Shown piece after piece: positions 30,623 through 41,092 of a stretch of 60,948 bases of DNA. The notes under the pieces were generated by a model. That model ran no database searches, had not been told where the DNA came from, and saw nothing but the letters and a program-made list of their open reading frames with translations. Positions within the stretch are counted from its first letter, which is position 1; each line of letters starts with the position of its first letter. This stretch comes from an uncultured Sutterella sp. (GTDB lineage: Bacteria > Pseudomonadota > Gammaproteobacteria > Burkholderiales > Burkholderiaceae_F): assembly GCA_900552915.1 (NCBI GenBank), contig USBS01000001.1:1-60948 (forward strand), written 5' to 3'. A program made the position numbers and the translations under genes.

Positions 30623-33475
30623 TCATTGCAGCTTACCGCCACGCGAACGACACTTGAGCTTGCTCGCATCCAGAGTCTTCTTGAGCCACTGTCCCGTAAT
30701 GCTCGCCTTGCACTTGACAAGATCCTCAGGAACCCCCTCGAAAATCAATTCGCCTCCTCTGCCGCCGCCTTCCGGACCGATATCGATCACCCAATCGGCG
30801 CCGGCGATGACGTCCATGTTGTGTTCAATCACAACGACCGTATTGCCGAGTGCGGTGAGGCGCCGCAGCACGCGCATCAGTACCGCCACGTCTTCAAAGT
30901 GAAGCCCCGTTGTCGGTTCATCCAGAATGTAGAGCGTGCGGCCCGTATCGCGCCGAGCAAGTTCCTCAGCCAGTTTGATGCGCTGCGCTTCCCCTCCGGA
31001 AAACGTCACGGCGCTCTGTCCGAGTCTGATGTAGCCCAATCCAACCGCATCGAGCATTTCAAGCTTTCGTGCAATCGGCGCATGCACGGCAAAAAAGTCC
31101 TTGGCCTCGTTTACCGTCATGTCGAGCACATCGGCAATCGATTTACCCTTGTATTTCACTTCGAGCGTTTCTCGGTTGTAACGCCGCCCGCGGCAGACGG
31201 GGCAGTCGACGTAAACTGGCGGCAGGAACCCCATTTCAAATTTGATGCGTCCCTCGCCTTCGCAGGCTTCGCAAGCGCCGCCTTCGGTGTTGAAGCTAAA
31301 GCGCCCGGGGCCGTACCCGCGCTCCATTGCCGCAGGCGTCGCCGCAAACACCTCCCGCAATGGAGCCATGAGCCCCGTATAGGTTGCAGGGTTCGATCGA
31401 GGCGTCTTTCCGATGGCGCTCTGATCGACCTCAATCACCTTGTCAAAGAAATCCGCTCCCTCGATGAGCTCAAAATCCAACGGCTGCGTTTTGGCCCGAT
31501 GCAGACGTTTTTTCATGTAGTTCGCCAACGTTTCGTTGACAAGCGTCGACTTGCCCGAGCCGGATACGCCGGTGACGGCAATCAACGCTCCGACAGGAAA
31601 TCGACACGTCACGTGCTTGAGATTGCGTCCGCACGCCCCCTTGAGCACCAACGCGTCCGAATCCTTGTTAAACAGCTTGTGCGGTACCTCGGGCATGCGC
31701 ACGCGTCCGCTCAAATACGCTCCTGTCTTGGAAGACTCGCATCGGCAGATGTCCTTAAGCGTACCCTGACAGACCACTTCGCCGCCGAGCGTGCCCGCTC
31801 CCGGGCCGATGTCGACAATCCAGTCGGCAGCGCGGATCATGTCGGCATCGTGCTCGACTACGACGACGGTATTGCCTGCCTGCGCGAGTTTTTTAAGCAT
31901 TTCGATGACTCGCCCCGTATCGCGCTGATGCAGTCCCACTGTCGGTTCGTCGAGAACATAGGTAACGCCGGTAAGTCCTGCGCCCAGCTGTCCGGCTAGC
32001 CGGATGCGCTGGACTTCGCCGCCCGAAAGACTTGCTGTTTCGCGCGACAGCGTCAGATAGCCGAGACCGACGTCAATCAAGAACCGAACGCGCTTGACGA
32101 CCTCGTCCAAAAGCGGCCTTGCCACCGGCTCACGTCCCGGCGCAAACCGAAGCTCTCCGATACGCTCGACCAGCTGAGTAAGCGGAAGCCTCTGTATCTC
32201 GATGAGATTGATTCGGTTTTCGGGCAGTCCCACATAAACGTTTTTAACTTCCGAGCGATGTCGAGTGCCCTCGCAAGCCGGGCATGTCATCGTGCGGCGC
32301 AGCACGCGCATGCCGTTTTTAACAGCTTCGCTTGTCGTGCGCTTCCACTTTTTCTCAAGCTGCGGAATGATGCCTTCGAATTCGGGCATTCCGACAATTT
32401 CGGACTGCTTGCCGTTGGGCCCGTAGAGCACAAAGTCGCGAACATCTTCGCGCAGCGATTCGAAACTTTCGTCCAGGGAAAAATCGAGCAGCCGCGACGC
32501 CTGCGTCACAGCCGTGAAATTGGCGCGGTTTTGCAGTGTACAGCCGCAAACAGCCCCCTGCCGAAGCGAAAGGCGCGGGTCACTCACCACAAGCGACGGA
32601 TCAAAGCGTTCGACCTCGCCGGCACCTTCACATACGGGGCAAGCCCCGAGAGCATTATTAAAGGAGAACATTGCCGGACTCAGGTCGGGCGCCGTCGCTT
32701 CACACACCGGGCAGCAATAGCGTGTGTGAAACACGCGCCGCTCACCAGTATCCATGCGCAGATAAGCAGCCCGACCGTCGGCGGCCTTTACCGCCGCTTC
32801 GAAGCTTTCGGCCAGACGCGCCCGCTGTGCGTCCGAGCTCTTGAGACGATCGACCACGATGTCAAGCGCCACGGATGCGGCCTGCAGCTGCAGCAGTTTC
32901 TGAGGAATATCCTCAATCGGGTACGCCTCCCCCTCGATCAGCACGCGCATAAAGCCCCGAGCGGCCAACTTCCTACAGACATCCTCAACCGTCGGACCGG
33001 GGCTCAGTCGCAGCGGAGCAAGAATTAAAACGCGCGTGCCCTCCTCAAAGCGCAGCACGGCGTCGACCATATCGTGTATGCCCGATTTTTCCAACGGTAT
33101 GTCGTGCTCGGCGCAGTAGGGCACTCCAGCCCGCGCAAAAAGAATGCGCAGATAATCGTTGACTTCCGTCATCGTGCCAACTGTCGAGCGCGACCCCGCA
33201 GCCGTTGTCGCCTGACCGATCGCGATGCACGGAGAAAGCCCCTCGATGCCGTCGACGTCAGGCTTATCCATCACATCCATGAAGCGTCGCGCGTAGCTTG
33301 AGACGCTTTCGGCATATCGGCGCTGTCCCTCGGCATAGAGCGTATCGAATGCAACCGAACTTTTGCCGGAGCCCGATGGCCCCGTAACAACCGTCAGTTT
33401 TCCGCGCGGAATTTCAACGTCGATATTCTTCAGATTATGCGTGCGCGCTCCGCGAATACGGATCGTATCGGGCAT
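30623..33475 (-). CDS. uvrA: Excinuclease ABC subunit A
   Basis: GARTHNLKN, two ABC ATPase modules, CxxC zinc fingers, TPRSNPATY. Confidence 0.96.
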   Translation of the reverse strand: MPDTIRIRGARTHNLKNIDVEIPRGKLTVVTGPSGSGKSSVAFDTLYAEGQRRYAESVSSYARRFMDVMDKPDVDGIEGLSPCIAIGQATTAAGSRSTVGTMTEVNDYLRILFARAGVPYCAEHDIPLEKSGIHDMVDAVLRFEEGTRVLILAPLRLSPGPTVEDVCRKLAARGFMRVLIEGEAYPIEDIPQKLLQLQAASVALDIVVDRLKSSDAQRARLAESFEAAVKAADGRAAYLRMDTGERRVFHTRYCCPVCEATAPDLSPAMFSFNNALGACPVCEGAGEVERFDPSLVVSDPRLSLRQGAVCGCTLQNRANFTAVTQASRLLDFSLDESFESLREDVRDFVLYGPNGKQSEIVGMPEFEGIIPQLEKKWKRTTSEAVKNGMRVLRRTMTCPACEGTRHRSEVKNVYVGLPENRINLIEIQRLPLTQLVERIGELRFAPGREPVARPLLDEVVKRVRFLIDVGLGYLTLSRETASLSGGEVQRIRLAGQLGAGLTGVTYVLDEPTVGLHQRDTGRVIEMLKKLAQAGNTVVVVEHDADMIRAADWIVDIGPGAGTLGGEVVCQGTLKDICRCESSKTGAYLSGRVRMPEVPHKLFNKDSDALVLKGACGRNLKHVTCRFPVGALIAVTGVSGSGKSTLVNETLANYMKKRLHRAKTQPLDFELIEGADFFDKVIEVDQSAIGKTPRSNPATYTGLMAPLREVFAATPAAMERGYGPGRFSFNTEGGACEACEGEGRIKFEMGFLPPVYVDCPVCRGRRYNRETLEVKYKGKSIADVLDMTVNEAKDFFAVHAPIARKLEMLDAVGLGYIRLGQSAVTFSGGEAQRIKLAEELARRDTGRTLYILDEPTTGLHFEDVAVLMRVLRRLTALGNTVVVIEHNMDVIAGADWVIDIGPEGGGRGGELIFEGVPEDLVKCKASITGQWLKKTLDASKLKCRSRGGKLQ

Positions 33476-33626
33476 GACAGAACCTTTCCTAACAATCTCT
33501 CTGAACCACTCTGCGCTTAAGCTCCGGCTCAAGCGAACTTATTACTATACAGCCCGCTGCGGCCGTCGAAAAGTTAAAAAATTCCGGTCGGCCGCATTCC
33601 TCCGAGCAACACTGCAGCATTCTCTT

Positions 33627-34838
33627 ATGACGGCTTCCTCCACTTCCCTACGTCTCACAAAGACCGAACGCACGGCGTCTATGACGCTCGGGGCCGTTTT
33701 TGCGTTGCGTCTGCTTGGAATTTTTCTGATTCTTCCCGTGTTTTCAGTCTGGGCGCAGAGCCTCGAGGGCGGCAACAATGCCTTCATGATCGGTCTGGCG
33801 CTCGGAATCTACGGCCTCACACAGGCCTTTCTGCAGATTCCGCTCGGTGCGGCCAGCGATAAATTCGGCCGCAAGCCCGTGATCGCCTTCGGACTCGTGC
33901 TCTTTATTGCGGGCTGTCTTCTTGCCGCTGCGGCCGACAGCGTCGAAATGCTTCTCTTTGCGCGGGCCGTGCAGGGGGCGGGCGCCGTCTCGGCCGCCGT
34001 CACCGCGATGATTTCCGATTGTGTTCGAGAGAAACTTCTCACCCGAGCCATGGCTTTTGTGGGTGCCTCCATCGGCGCGAGTTTTGCCGTCTCGCTCGTG
34101 GCCGCCCCGCTTCTGGCCGATGCAATCGGCGTACCCGGCATCTTCTGCCTCACGGCGGCATTGTGCGCCGCCGCCATCGTTGCCGTTGTTTTTGTGCTTC
34201 CGACCGTTCCCGTCAAGAAATTTGAAAATTTCGAATCCGAAGCCAAGCTCAAGGATGTATTTCTGCACGGCGAACTGATGCGCCTCAACTTGGGCATCTT
34301 CTCGCTGCACATGGCGCAGATGGCACTATTTGTCGTGATTCCGCTGCGGCTCACCGAACTGCAGCTGCCGGTGGCTCAGCACTGGACCGTGTATCTGCCG
34401 GCCGTCCTCGTGAGCCTCATCTTTTTGATGCCTGCCATCCGTCATGCCGAAAAAACCGGTCGAATCAAGGAACTGTTCATTACAGCCATTTCGCTCGTGT
34501 TGGCAGCCTTCGCCGGATTCGAGATTTTTGACAACTCGGTTCTTCTCATTTCCGTTTTGCTGTTAGTATTCTTCTCCGGCTTTAACGTCCTCGAAGCATC
34601 TCTTCCGTCGCTCGTTTCCAAAACGGCGCCGGCCGAATGCAAGGGGTTGGCGCTGGGCGTATACAACACCACGCAGTCCGTCGGCGTCTTCATCGGCGGC
34701 GCGGCCGGCGGGTGGCTCTACGGCGCCTTCGGAACGCACGGGGTATACGCCTTCTGCGCTTTGCTGATGGTCATCTGGATCATCGCCGCACGCGGAATGA
34801 CCGCTCCTGGTCCGAGGTCTGTTGAAGCGGACATTTGA
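33627..34838 (+). CDS. MFS transporter (YajR-like)
   Basis: SDKFGRKP MFS motif A, about 12 TM helices, uvrA-MFS-ssb synteny. Confidence 0.88.
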   Translation: MTASSTSLRLTKTERTASMTLGAVFALRLLGIFLILPVFSVWAQSLEGGNNAFMIGLALGIYGLTQAFLQIPLGAASDKFGRKPVIAFGLVLFIAGCLLAAAADSVEMLLFARAVQGAGAVSAAVTAMISDCVREKLLTRAMAFVGASIGASFAVSLVAAPLLADAIGVPGIFCLTAALCAAAIVAVVFVLPTVPVKKFENFESEAKLKDVFLHGELMRLNLGIFSLHMAQMALFVVIPLRLTELQLPVAQHWTVYLPAVLVSLIFLMPAIRHAEKTGRIKELFITAISLVLAAFAGFEIFDNSVLLISVLLLVFFSGFNVLEASLPSLVSKTAPAECKGLALGVYNTTQSVGVFIGGAAGGWLYGAFGTHGVYAFCALLMVIWIIAARGMTAPGPRSVEADI

Positions 34839-34908
34839 GCCTTCAAACTCTTGACCTTTCTCGAGAGATTAGGTTTGGTAATTCACTTTTCATCTGGATA
34901 TTTAAGTC

Positions 34909-35397
34909 ATGGCATCCATTAACAAGGTCATCTTGATTGGCAACCTCGGACGTGATCCCGAAACGCGCTACACCGCCGACGGCGGCACCGCCATCTGCAA
35001 CATTCTCATGGCCACCTCCCGCCGCTATAAGGACAGCCAAGGCCAGCTGCAGGAAGAAACCGAATGGCACCGCGTAGTCTTCTTCGGTCGTCAGGCCGAA
35101 GTGGCTCAGACCTACCTGCGCAAGGGCAATCCCGTGTACATCGAAGGACGTCTGCGCACCCGCCGCTACACCGACAAGGAAGGCGTCGAGCGCTACTACA
35201 CGGAAATCATCTGCGAAACGATGCAGCTGCTCGGCAGCCGCAATTCCTCTTCGAGCGCCTCGCACCAGACCGACGAGGCCTTTGAGTCGCCGCGCCGAGC
35301 CGCTCCCGCCGCTCGTCCGGCACCGCAGCCCGCAGCTCAGCCCGCGCAGCCTGCAGTTGCCGCCGACAGCTTCAGCGACGACGATATTCCGTTCTAA
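34909..35397 (+). CDS. ssb: Single-stranded DNA-binding protein
   Basis: [22 protein letters not shown]-terminal DDDIPF. Confidence 0.97.
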   Translation: MASINKVILIGNLGRDPETRYTADGGTAICNILMATSRRYKDSQGQLQEETEWHRVVFFGRQAEVAQTYLRKGNPVYIEGRLRTRRYTDKEGVERYYTEIICETMQLLGSRNSSSSASHQTDEAFESPRRAAPAARPAPQPAAQPAQPAVAADSFSDDDIPF

Positions 35398-35421
35398 TCG
35401 GCAAATCGTCCAATTGCTCGC

Positions 35422-35454
35422 ACGAAAAGCCGCCCGTTTCGGGCGGTTTTTCGT
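35422..35454. terminator. Bidirectional terminator between ssb and the ABC permease
   Basis: ACGAAAAGCCGCCCG-TTT-CGGGCGGTTTTTCGT. Confidence 0.8.
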
Positions 35455-35466
35455 TATGCAGGCGAC

Positions 35467-36675
35467 CTATTCGTGACGCACGGCTTCAATCGGATCAAGC
35501 CTGGCGGCGCGTCGGGCAGGGAAGTAGCCGAAGATAACCCCCGTCAAAGCCGCGAAGGCAAAGCTCACGATGTTGATCATCGGGTCGAACGTATAGGGCA
35601 CATCCATCCAGGCGGTTAAGGCGTAGGAAGAGCCGGCCGCAAGCAGGATTCCGATTAAGCCGCCCATGCAACCGAGCACCACGGCTTCAATCAGAAACTG
35701 CATGAGTACTTCGCGGGCGGTAGCACCGATTGCGAGACGGACGCCGATTTCGCGTGTTCGCTCCGTCACCGACACAAGCATGATGTTCATGATGCCGATG
35801 CCGCCCACAAGGAGACTGACCGCAGCCACAGCCCCCAGAAGCGCCGTCATGATCTGGGTAGTGGAAGCCACCTTTTCCGCCACCTCGGCCGTATCGAGAA
35901 TGGAGAAATTGTCGTCGTCGCCTTCGGAAAGCGAACGGCGCTCCCGCATCAGATCGCGCACCATGCTCTTGAGCTGCACACGGTCGCTTTGCGGATCGAT
36001 GCTGAGCAAAATCGTATTGACGCGATTATTGCCGACCAGACGCCGCGCGGCCGTATTGAAGGGAATGACCACCAGATCATCCTGATCCCCGCCCATAGCC
36101 GCAGTGCCTTTTTCCTCCAAAAGCCCCACGATGCGGCAGGAAAAGGAATTGACGCGCAGCATCTCGCCGATGACGGGGTGATTTTCTCCGAAAAGTTCCT
36201 TTTGAACCGTCGTACCGATCACGCACACGGCTGCGCCCGACATTTCTTCGGCAGGTTCAAAGAAACGTCCCTGGGCGAGCGTGCGGTTGTCGGTCGTAAA
36301 GTAGTCCACACTCGAACCGATGATGGTTGTGGTCCAGTTCTTGCCGTTGGCTACCACAATCGTGCTGCGCTGCGACTGCGGAGCGGCCGAAATCACACCG
36401 CCGATTTGCTCTTCGAGCGCTTCAACGTCTTCGAGCTTGAAGCTCGGCGCCCCTGCGGCGCCGCCGGGGCCCAGACGCTGGCCCTTGCGCAGCATCAGCT
36501 GATTGTTGCCGAAACTTTCTATTTGTTCTCTTACGGCATCGGTAGCGCCGTTGCCCACGGTCACCATCGTGATGACGGCCGCGACGCCGATCACGATGCC
36601 CAAAACGGTCAGAAGCGAGCGCAGCGGATTGCGCCGAATCTGACGAAAAGCAAGCAAGAAGGCGTTTCCCAGCAT
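35467..36675 (-). CDS. MacB-type ABC exporter permease
   Basis: RSLLTVLGIVIG, GGIGIMNIMLVSVTERTREIG, PARRAARLDPIEA. Confidence 0.92.
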   Translation of the reverse strand: MLGNAFLLAFRQIRRNPLRSLLTVLGIVIGVAAVITMVTVGNGATDAVREQIESFGNNQLMLRKGQRLGPGGAAGAPSFKLEDVEALEEQIGGVISAAPQSQRSTIVVANGKNWTTTIIGSSVDYFTTDNRTLAQGRFFEPAEEMSGAAVCVIGTTVQKELFGENHPVIGEMLRVNSFSCRIVGLLEEKGTAAMGGDQDDLVVIPFNTAARRLVGNNRVNTILLSIDPQSDRVQLKSMVRDLMRERRSLSEGDDDNFSILDTAEVAEKVASTTQIMTALLGAVAAVSLLVGGIGIMNIMLVSVTERTREIGVRLAIGATAREVLMQFLIEAVVLGCMGGLIGILLAAGSSYALTAWMDVPYTFDPMINIVSFAFAALTGVIFGYFPARRAARLDPIEAVRHE

Positions 36676-37374
36676 TTAGAGTCCCTCCTGCAGTACGTCG
36701 CTTGCGATCATGCCGTCGATGCAATGCACGCAGCGCCGTGCGTAGCGAGCCATGTCGGGCTCGTGCGTCACCAACACAATCGTAATTTTGTCGGATTTGT
36801 TGAGGTCAGTGAGCAACTCCATGATTTCCACGGATTTATGGCTGTCCAGGCTTCCGGTCGGCTCATCGGCCATCAACAGAAGCGGCTTGGTGACGATGGC
36901 TCGCGCAATGGCCACGCGCTGCTGCTGACCGCCGGAGAGTTCCGCCGGCGTATGGCTTTCCCACTTCAAAAGCCCTACGCGATCCAATGCGGCTCTCGCC
37001 ATCTCATGGCGCTCGATCGCCGGCACGCCGCGGTACAAAAGCGGCAACTCGACGTTTTCCAGCGCTGTGGTACGCGCAAGCAAATTGAACCCCTGAAATA
37101 CAAAGCCCATGAAGCGGCGACGCAACAGCGCACGCTCATCGTTCGTGAGCGTTTCAACGTGCAGCCCCTGGAATAGATATTCACCTTCGGTAGGACTGTC
37201 GAGCGCCCCGATGATGTTCATCGTCGTGGACTTGCCCGACCCCGACGGTCCCATGATCGCCACAAATTCACCCTGATCGATGGTGAGGTCGATGCCGTTC
37301 AAGGCGTTGAAAGCCGCCTCTCCCGAGCCGTAGCGCTTGACGATGCCGCGAAGTTCAATCAGATGTTCACTCAT
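36676..37374 (-). CDS. MacB/LolD-type ABC ATPase
   Basis: GPSGSGKST, LSGGQQQRV, ADEPTG, VTHE. Confidence 0.93.
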   Translation of the reverse strand: MSEHLIELRGIVKRYGSGEAAFNALNGIDLTIDQGEFVAIMGPSGSGKSTTMNIIGALDSPTEGEYLFQGLHVETLTNDERALLRRRFMGFVFQGFNLLARTTALENVELPLLYRGVPAIERHEMARAALDRVGLLKWESHTPAELSGGQQQRVAIARAIVTKPLLLMADEPTGSLDSHKSVEIMELLTDLNKSDKITIVLVTHEPDMARYARRCVHCIDGMIASDVLQEGL

Positions 37375-37396
37375 CTCGGCCCATTCCTAAAGTTCG

Positions 37397-38668
37397 TCAA
37401 TCCGTGCTTTTGAGCTGATCGGTAATGACCTTGTCGCCTTCCTTGAGCGGCCCGGAGACCACTTCGGTCATGCGGCCGTTCGTTAGACCCGTCACAATCT
37501 CGATCGGCTTGGCTTTGCCGTTTTCATCCACGATGTAGACAGTTTGCGTGCGCTCGTATTGGGCAAGCGTCACTTCCTTAGCCGTCTTCGTTCCGCGGGT
37601 TCGGTGCGGCGGCATCATCAGTCCCGTGCTTTGCTTTTGGGCGTTGCTTCGAGCGGGCTTAAAGCGCAGGGCCGTACTCGGCACCAATAGCGCGTTGTCG
37701 GTTTTGTCCGTACTGATCGTAGCGGTTGCCGTCATGCCCGGCCGAAGTTCAAGCTGCGGGTTTTTAACGTCGAGATAGGCCGTGTACGTAATCACGTTGT
37801 CGGTCGAAGTGGTCGAACCATAGGCCACCTTGGTGAGTTTGGCCGGAAAGCGTTTGTTGGGATAGCTTGCCACCGTAAAAGTCGCATCCTGTCCGTCCTT
37901 GACCTGTCCTACGTCGGCTTCGTCGACATCGACTTCAAGCTCGAGCTCGCGCAAATCGGTGGCAACCGTCAAAAGCTCCACTGCCTGAAGACTGGCCGCA
38001 ACCGCATAGCCCGGTTCGACCGAACGGGTAAGCACGACACCGTCGACAGGGCTCTTGATCTTGGACTTGGACAGATCGGTCAGACGTGTTTCGAGCGTTG
38101 CCTGCGCGTCGTCAATCGCCGCACTTGCCGACTGCACGCCTGCCTTGGACTTCAGAACAGTAGCGCGCTGCACGTCAAGTTCTGTGCGCGACGGAAGCCT
38201 GCCGCCCGAACTCTTGTTGAGTTCCTCGTAGCGGCGCATCTTGGCTTCGGCCTCCACCAGCGTTGCCTGTGCTTCGGCAAGCGCCGCTTTTGCGCTTGCA
38301 AGAGAAGCGCGCGCCTGATTGACGCTGGCCTTGAGGTTGGAGTCGTCAAGTTCAATCAAGACGTCGCCCGTTTTCACGACGCTGTTGACGTCGACATTGA
38401 CCTTGCGCACGATGCCAGACAGTTCGGAGCCGATCGACACGGTACGCACCGGATTGACGGTGCCGTTGGCCACAACCGTCACCTCAAGCGGACCGCGGAT
38501 GATTTCGGCTGTACGGTACACGGGAGCCTTTGCAGCACCGGCAAAACCGAAGTACCAAATGCCGGCAGCGGCCAATGCTGCCACAACGGCACCCACCCCC
38601 AGACGCACGGGCCAGGAAGTCTTGCTGCCTGCGCGCAGATCATTGATTGTCAGTTTCTTTTCAGTCAT
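37397..38668 (-). CDS. MacA-like periplasmic adaptor (membrane fusion protein)
   Basis: N-terminal TM, lipoyl halves (GSELSG; IKSPVDGVV), helical hairpin, LRPGMTA. Confidence 0.9.
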   Translation of the reverse strand: MTEKKLTINDLRAGSKTSWPVRLGVGAVVAALAAAGIWYFGFAGAAKAPVYRTAEIIRGPLEVTVVANGTVNPVRTVSIGSELSGIVRKVNVDVNSVVKTGDVLIELDDSNLKASVNQARASLASAKAALAEAQATLVEAEAKMRRYEELNKSSGGRLPSRTELDVQRATVLKSKAGVQSASAAIDDAQATLETRLTDLSKSKIKSPVDGVVLTRSVEPGYAVAASLQAVELLTVATDLRELELEVDVDEADVGQVKDGQDATFTVASYPNKRFPAKLTKVAYGSTTSTDNVITYTAYLDVKNPQLELRPGMTATATISTDKTDNALLVPSTALRFKPARSNAQKQSTGLMMPPHRTRGTKTAKEVTLAQYERTQTVYIVDENGKAKPIEIVTGLTNGRMTEVVSGPLKEGDKVITDQLKSTD

Positions 38669-38672
38669 TGCT

Positions 38673-40115
38673 CTACCCTGCCGTGCTGGTCTTGCTGTTT
38701 GAATCGTTTTGCTCGTTTCGGTTCGAATCTTCCGCCGGAGGCATCCATCCGCCGCCCATAGCTCGATAGAGCGCAATGAGCTGCGTGGCAAGATCGGCCT
38801 TGTTGCTTTGTTCGTTTTCTCGCACCGTATAAAGCGTTCGCTGCGTATTCAGGACCGTTTGGTAGTCCGTAAGCCCTGCGGAATACTGCTGCATGGCGAG
38901 ATCCGCCGCGGATTCGGCTGCTTCGAGAGCCCTCTGCAGCGCGTCGGCTCGACTTTGCGCCGTCGTAATGCCCGTGATGGCATTTTCGGTTTCTTCAAGA
39001 GCGGCCAGAAGCGTACGCGTATAGTTGGCGCGCGCCTGATCCAAAGCTGCGAGCTGCTGCTCGGTTGCCGTCACTTGTGCCCCCCAATCCAAAAGCGGCA
39101 GGGAAAGCGCCGCCACGATGCCCGCAATGCCGGTACCCGAAGCGCCGAGCGTCGAGATGGTTGCTGCGCTGGTGCCCAGATTGCCCGAAAGATTGAGCGA
39201 CGGGAACCACTGGCTTCTGGCTTCGTAGACACGGTCCGAAGCCGCTTCCAGTGCATAGGTCACGGAACGCATATCGGGACGCTGCCGCAGTGTTTCAGCC
39301 GGAAGCGAAATAGCCAGCGCCATCGGCGCAGCCGGCACTGTTTCGGCTGCTTTGACTTCCAGCGTTGCCACCGACTGCCCGGTCAGACGAGCCAATGCGT
39401 TGCGGTACTTGTCGATGCTTTGTTCAAGAATCGGGATCTGAGCGCGAGCGTTCTCTTCGTTTGAGACCGCCTGATCAACTTCCGTTTTATCCGCCAGGCC
39501 CGCTTCATAATTCCAACGGGCAATGTCGGCGGCCTGCTTGTAGTTGGAAAGCGTCATCTCGGCAATAAGCTTTTGCACGTACGCCAGACGAAGGCTCACG
39601 TAGGTCTGAGCCACTTCAGCCGCAACTGCAATGCGAGTGTCTTCGAGCGTCATGGCGCTTGCCATCGCCTCAAGATTGGCCGCTCGCTGTGCAGCGATGT
39701 TCCCGCCGGCGAGCGAAATCGACCAAGTGGCCGATGCCCCCGCCTGCCAGCTTTCGGACCAATTGTTGCGGGCTCTGTCGCCTCGCCCCTGTCCAGAAGC
39801 CGACAGCGTGGGGAAAAGATTAGCTGTGGCGTCGTCGGCAAGCGCTGCCGCCGCACGCAGATTAGCCATCGCCGTCAAAATGTCGGTGTTGTTTTCGGCC
39901 GCTGCCTGCAGCAAAACCGCAAGTTCCGGGTTATTCCAGGCCTGCCACCAAGTGCGATCACCCAGCAGAGACGGTTCCTCAAGCTGCGGCAGCTGCGCCG
40001 TCCAGTTCTGCGGCTCAAGTTTGGCTTGCTCTTCTAGGAAAGCCGTATTGCTCGCACATCCGGCAAGCACTGCGCACAGCGTCGCGGCAATCAATGTGAG
40101 GTGAGTCTTTCTCAT
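38673..40115 (-). CDS. Outer-membrane efflux lipoprotein (NodT/OprM family)
   Basis: Lipobox LAGC, LRQRPD, LYRAMGGGW. Confidence 0.9.
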   Translation of the reverse strand: MRKTHLTLIAATLCAVLAGCASNTAFLEEQAKLEPQNWTAQLPQLEEPSLLGDRTWWQAWNNPELAVLLQAAAENNTDILTAMANLRAAAALADDATANLFPTLSASGQGRGDRARNNWSESWQAGASATWSISLAGGNIAAQRAANLEAMASAMTLEDTRIAVAAEVAQTYVSLRLAYVQKLIAEMTLSNYKQAADIARWNYEAGLADKTEVDQAVSNEENARAQIPILEQSIDKYRNALARLTGQSVATLEVKAAETVPAAPMALAISLPAETLRQRPDMRSVTYALEAASDRVYEARSQWFPSLNLSGNLGTSAATISTLGASGTGIAGIVAALSLPLLDWGAQVTATEQQLAALDQARANYTRTLLAALEETENAITGITTAQSRADALQRALEAAESAADLAMQQYSAGLTDYQTVLNTQRTLYTVRENEQSNKADLATQLIALYRAMGGGWMPPAEDSNRNEQNDSNSKTSTAG

Positions 40116-40207
40116 AGTTACCATTAAAACTGAATCAAGATTCAGAAGCGGTCGTATTCTTACCCGCAATTCTGAAGAGCGGCTTTACAAAGTTGCGTGT
40201 GGGTTTT

Positions 40208-40222
40208 GTAAAGCTAAGCAAA
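40208..40222 (+). promoter_or_regulatory. CpxR-like direct-repeat box
   Basis: GTAAA-GCTAA-GCAAA (consensus GTAAA-N5-GTAAA) between the efflux operon and the regulator. Confidence 0.5.
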
Positions 40223-40375
40223 TTTCGGCTTCATTAGAATGCCGAAGCCGCACAAAGACTTGCGAGTGTGCGAATATCTTTACAGAGATTTTGCCCGTCG
40301 TGCGCGACCCGGTCGACTTTTTTCTTCGCCGAGTTCGGTTGCGACAGGCATCGTTCAGTTTTCGGGAGCTAATTT

Positions 40376-41071
40376 ATGTACGCACGTCCTTCGAAAATTC
40401 TCATCATTGACGACGACGTCGAGCTCGTCACGCTGCTCGTCGACTACTTTACGCTCGAAGGTTTTGAAGCCACGCCTGCGCATTCCAGCATGGAAGGGCT
40501 GCAGGCTCTTGAAGCAAACGAATTCGACCTCATCATCCTCGACGTGATGATGCCCGGCATCTCGGGCGTCGAAACGCTTCAGCGCATCCGCGAAAAGTGG
40601 CGCACTCCCGTATTGATGCTCACCGCTCGAGGCGATCCCGTCGACCGCATCCTCGGTCTTGAGCTCGGTGCCGACGACTATGTTCCGAAGCCCTGTTCGC
40701 CTCGAGAGCTTGTTGCGCGCATCCGGGCCATCCTGCGCCGCGTGGCCGGCAACGAAAACAACCGCGGCCCCGTGCAGGTGGGAAAACTCTCGATTGATCT
40801 CACGCAGCGTCGCGCCACGTACGACGGCAAACAAATTCCGCTTACCGGCACCGAGCTGTCGCTATTGGAAATGCTGGCGCGTTCGGCAGGTTCTCCGGTT
40901 CCCAAGGCCGACATCTACCCGCGCATTCTCGGCCGTCCGATGGGGCGCTACGACCGCGCAATCGACGTACACATCAGTGCTATTCGGCACAAGCTCGCGC
41001 AGGAAGGCGTCGAAGATATCGCCATCGAAAGCGTGCGCGGCGTGGGCTATCAGCTGGTGCGCCTAAGTTAA
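40376..41071 (+). CDS. OmpR/CpxR-family response regulator
   Basis: IDDD, ILDVMMP, GADDYVPKP, wHTH DRAIDVHISAIR, VRGVGY. Confidence 0.93.
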   Translation: MYARPSKILIIDDDVELVTLLVDYFTLEGFEATPAHSSMEGLQALEANEFDLIILDVMMPGISGVETLQRIREKWRTPVLMLTARGDPVDRILGLELGADDYVPKPCSPRELVARIRAILRRVAGNENNRGPVQVGKLSIDLTQRRATYDGKQIPLTGTELSLLEMLARSAGSPVPKADIYPRILGRPMGRYDRAIDVHISAIRHKLAQEGVEDIAIESVRGVGYQLVRLS

Positions 41072-41092
41072 GGCCGTCGCGGGAGCTTTTCT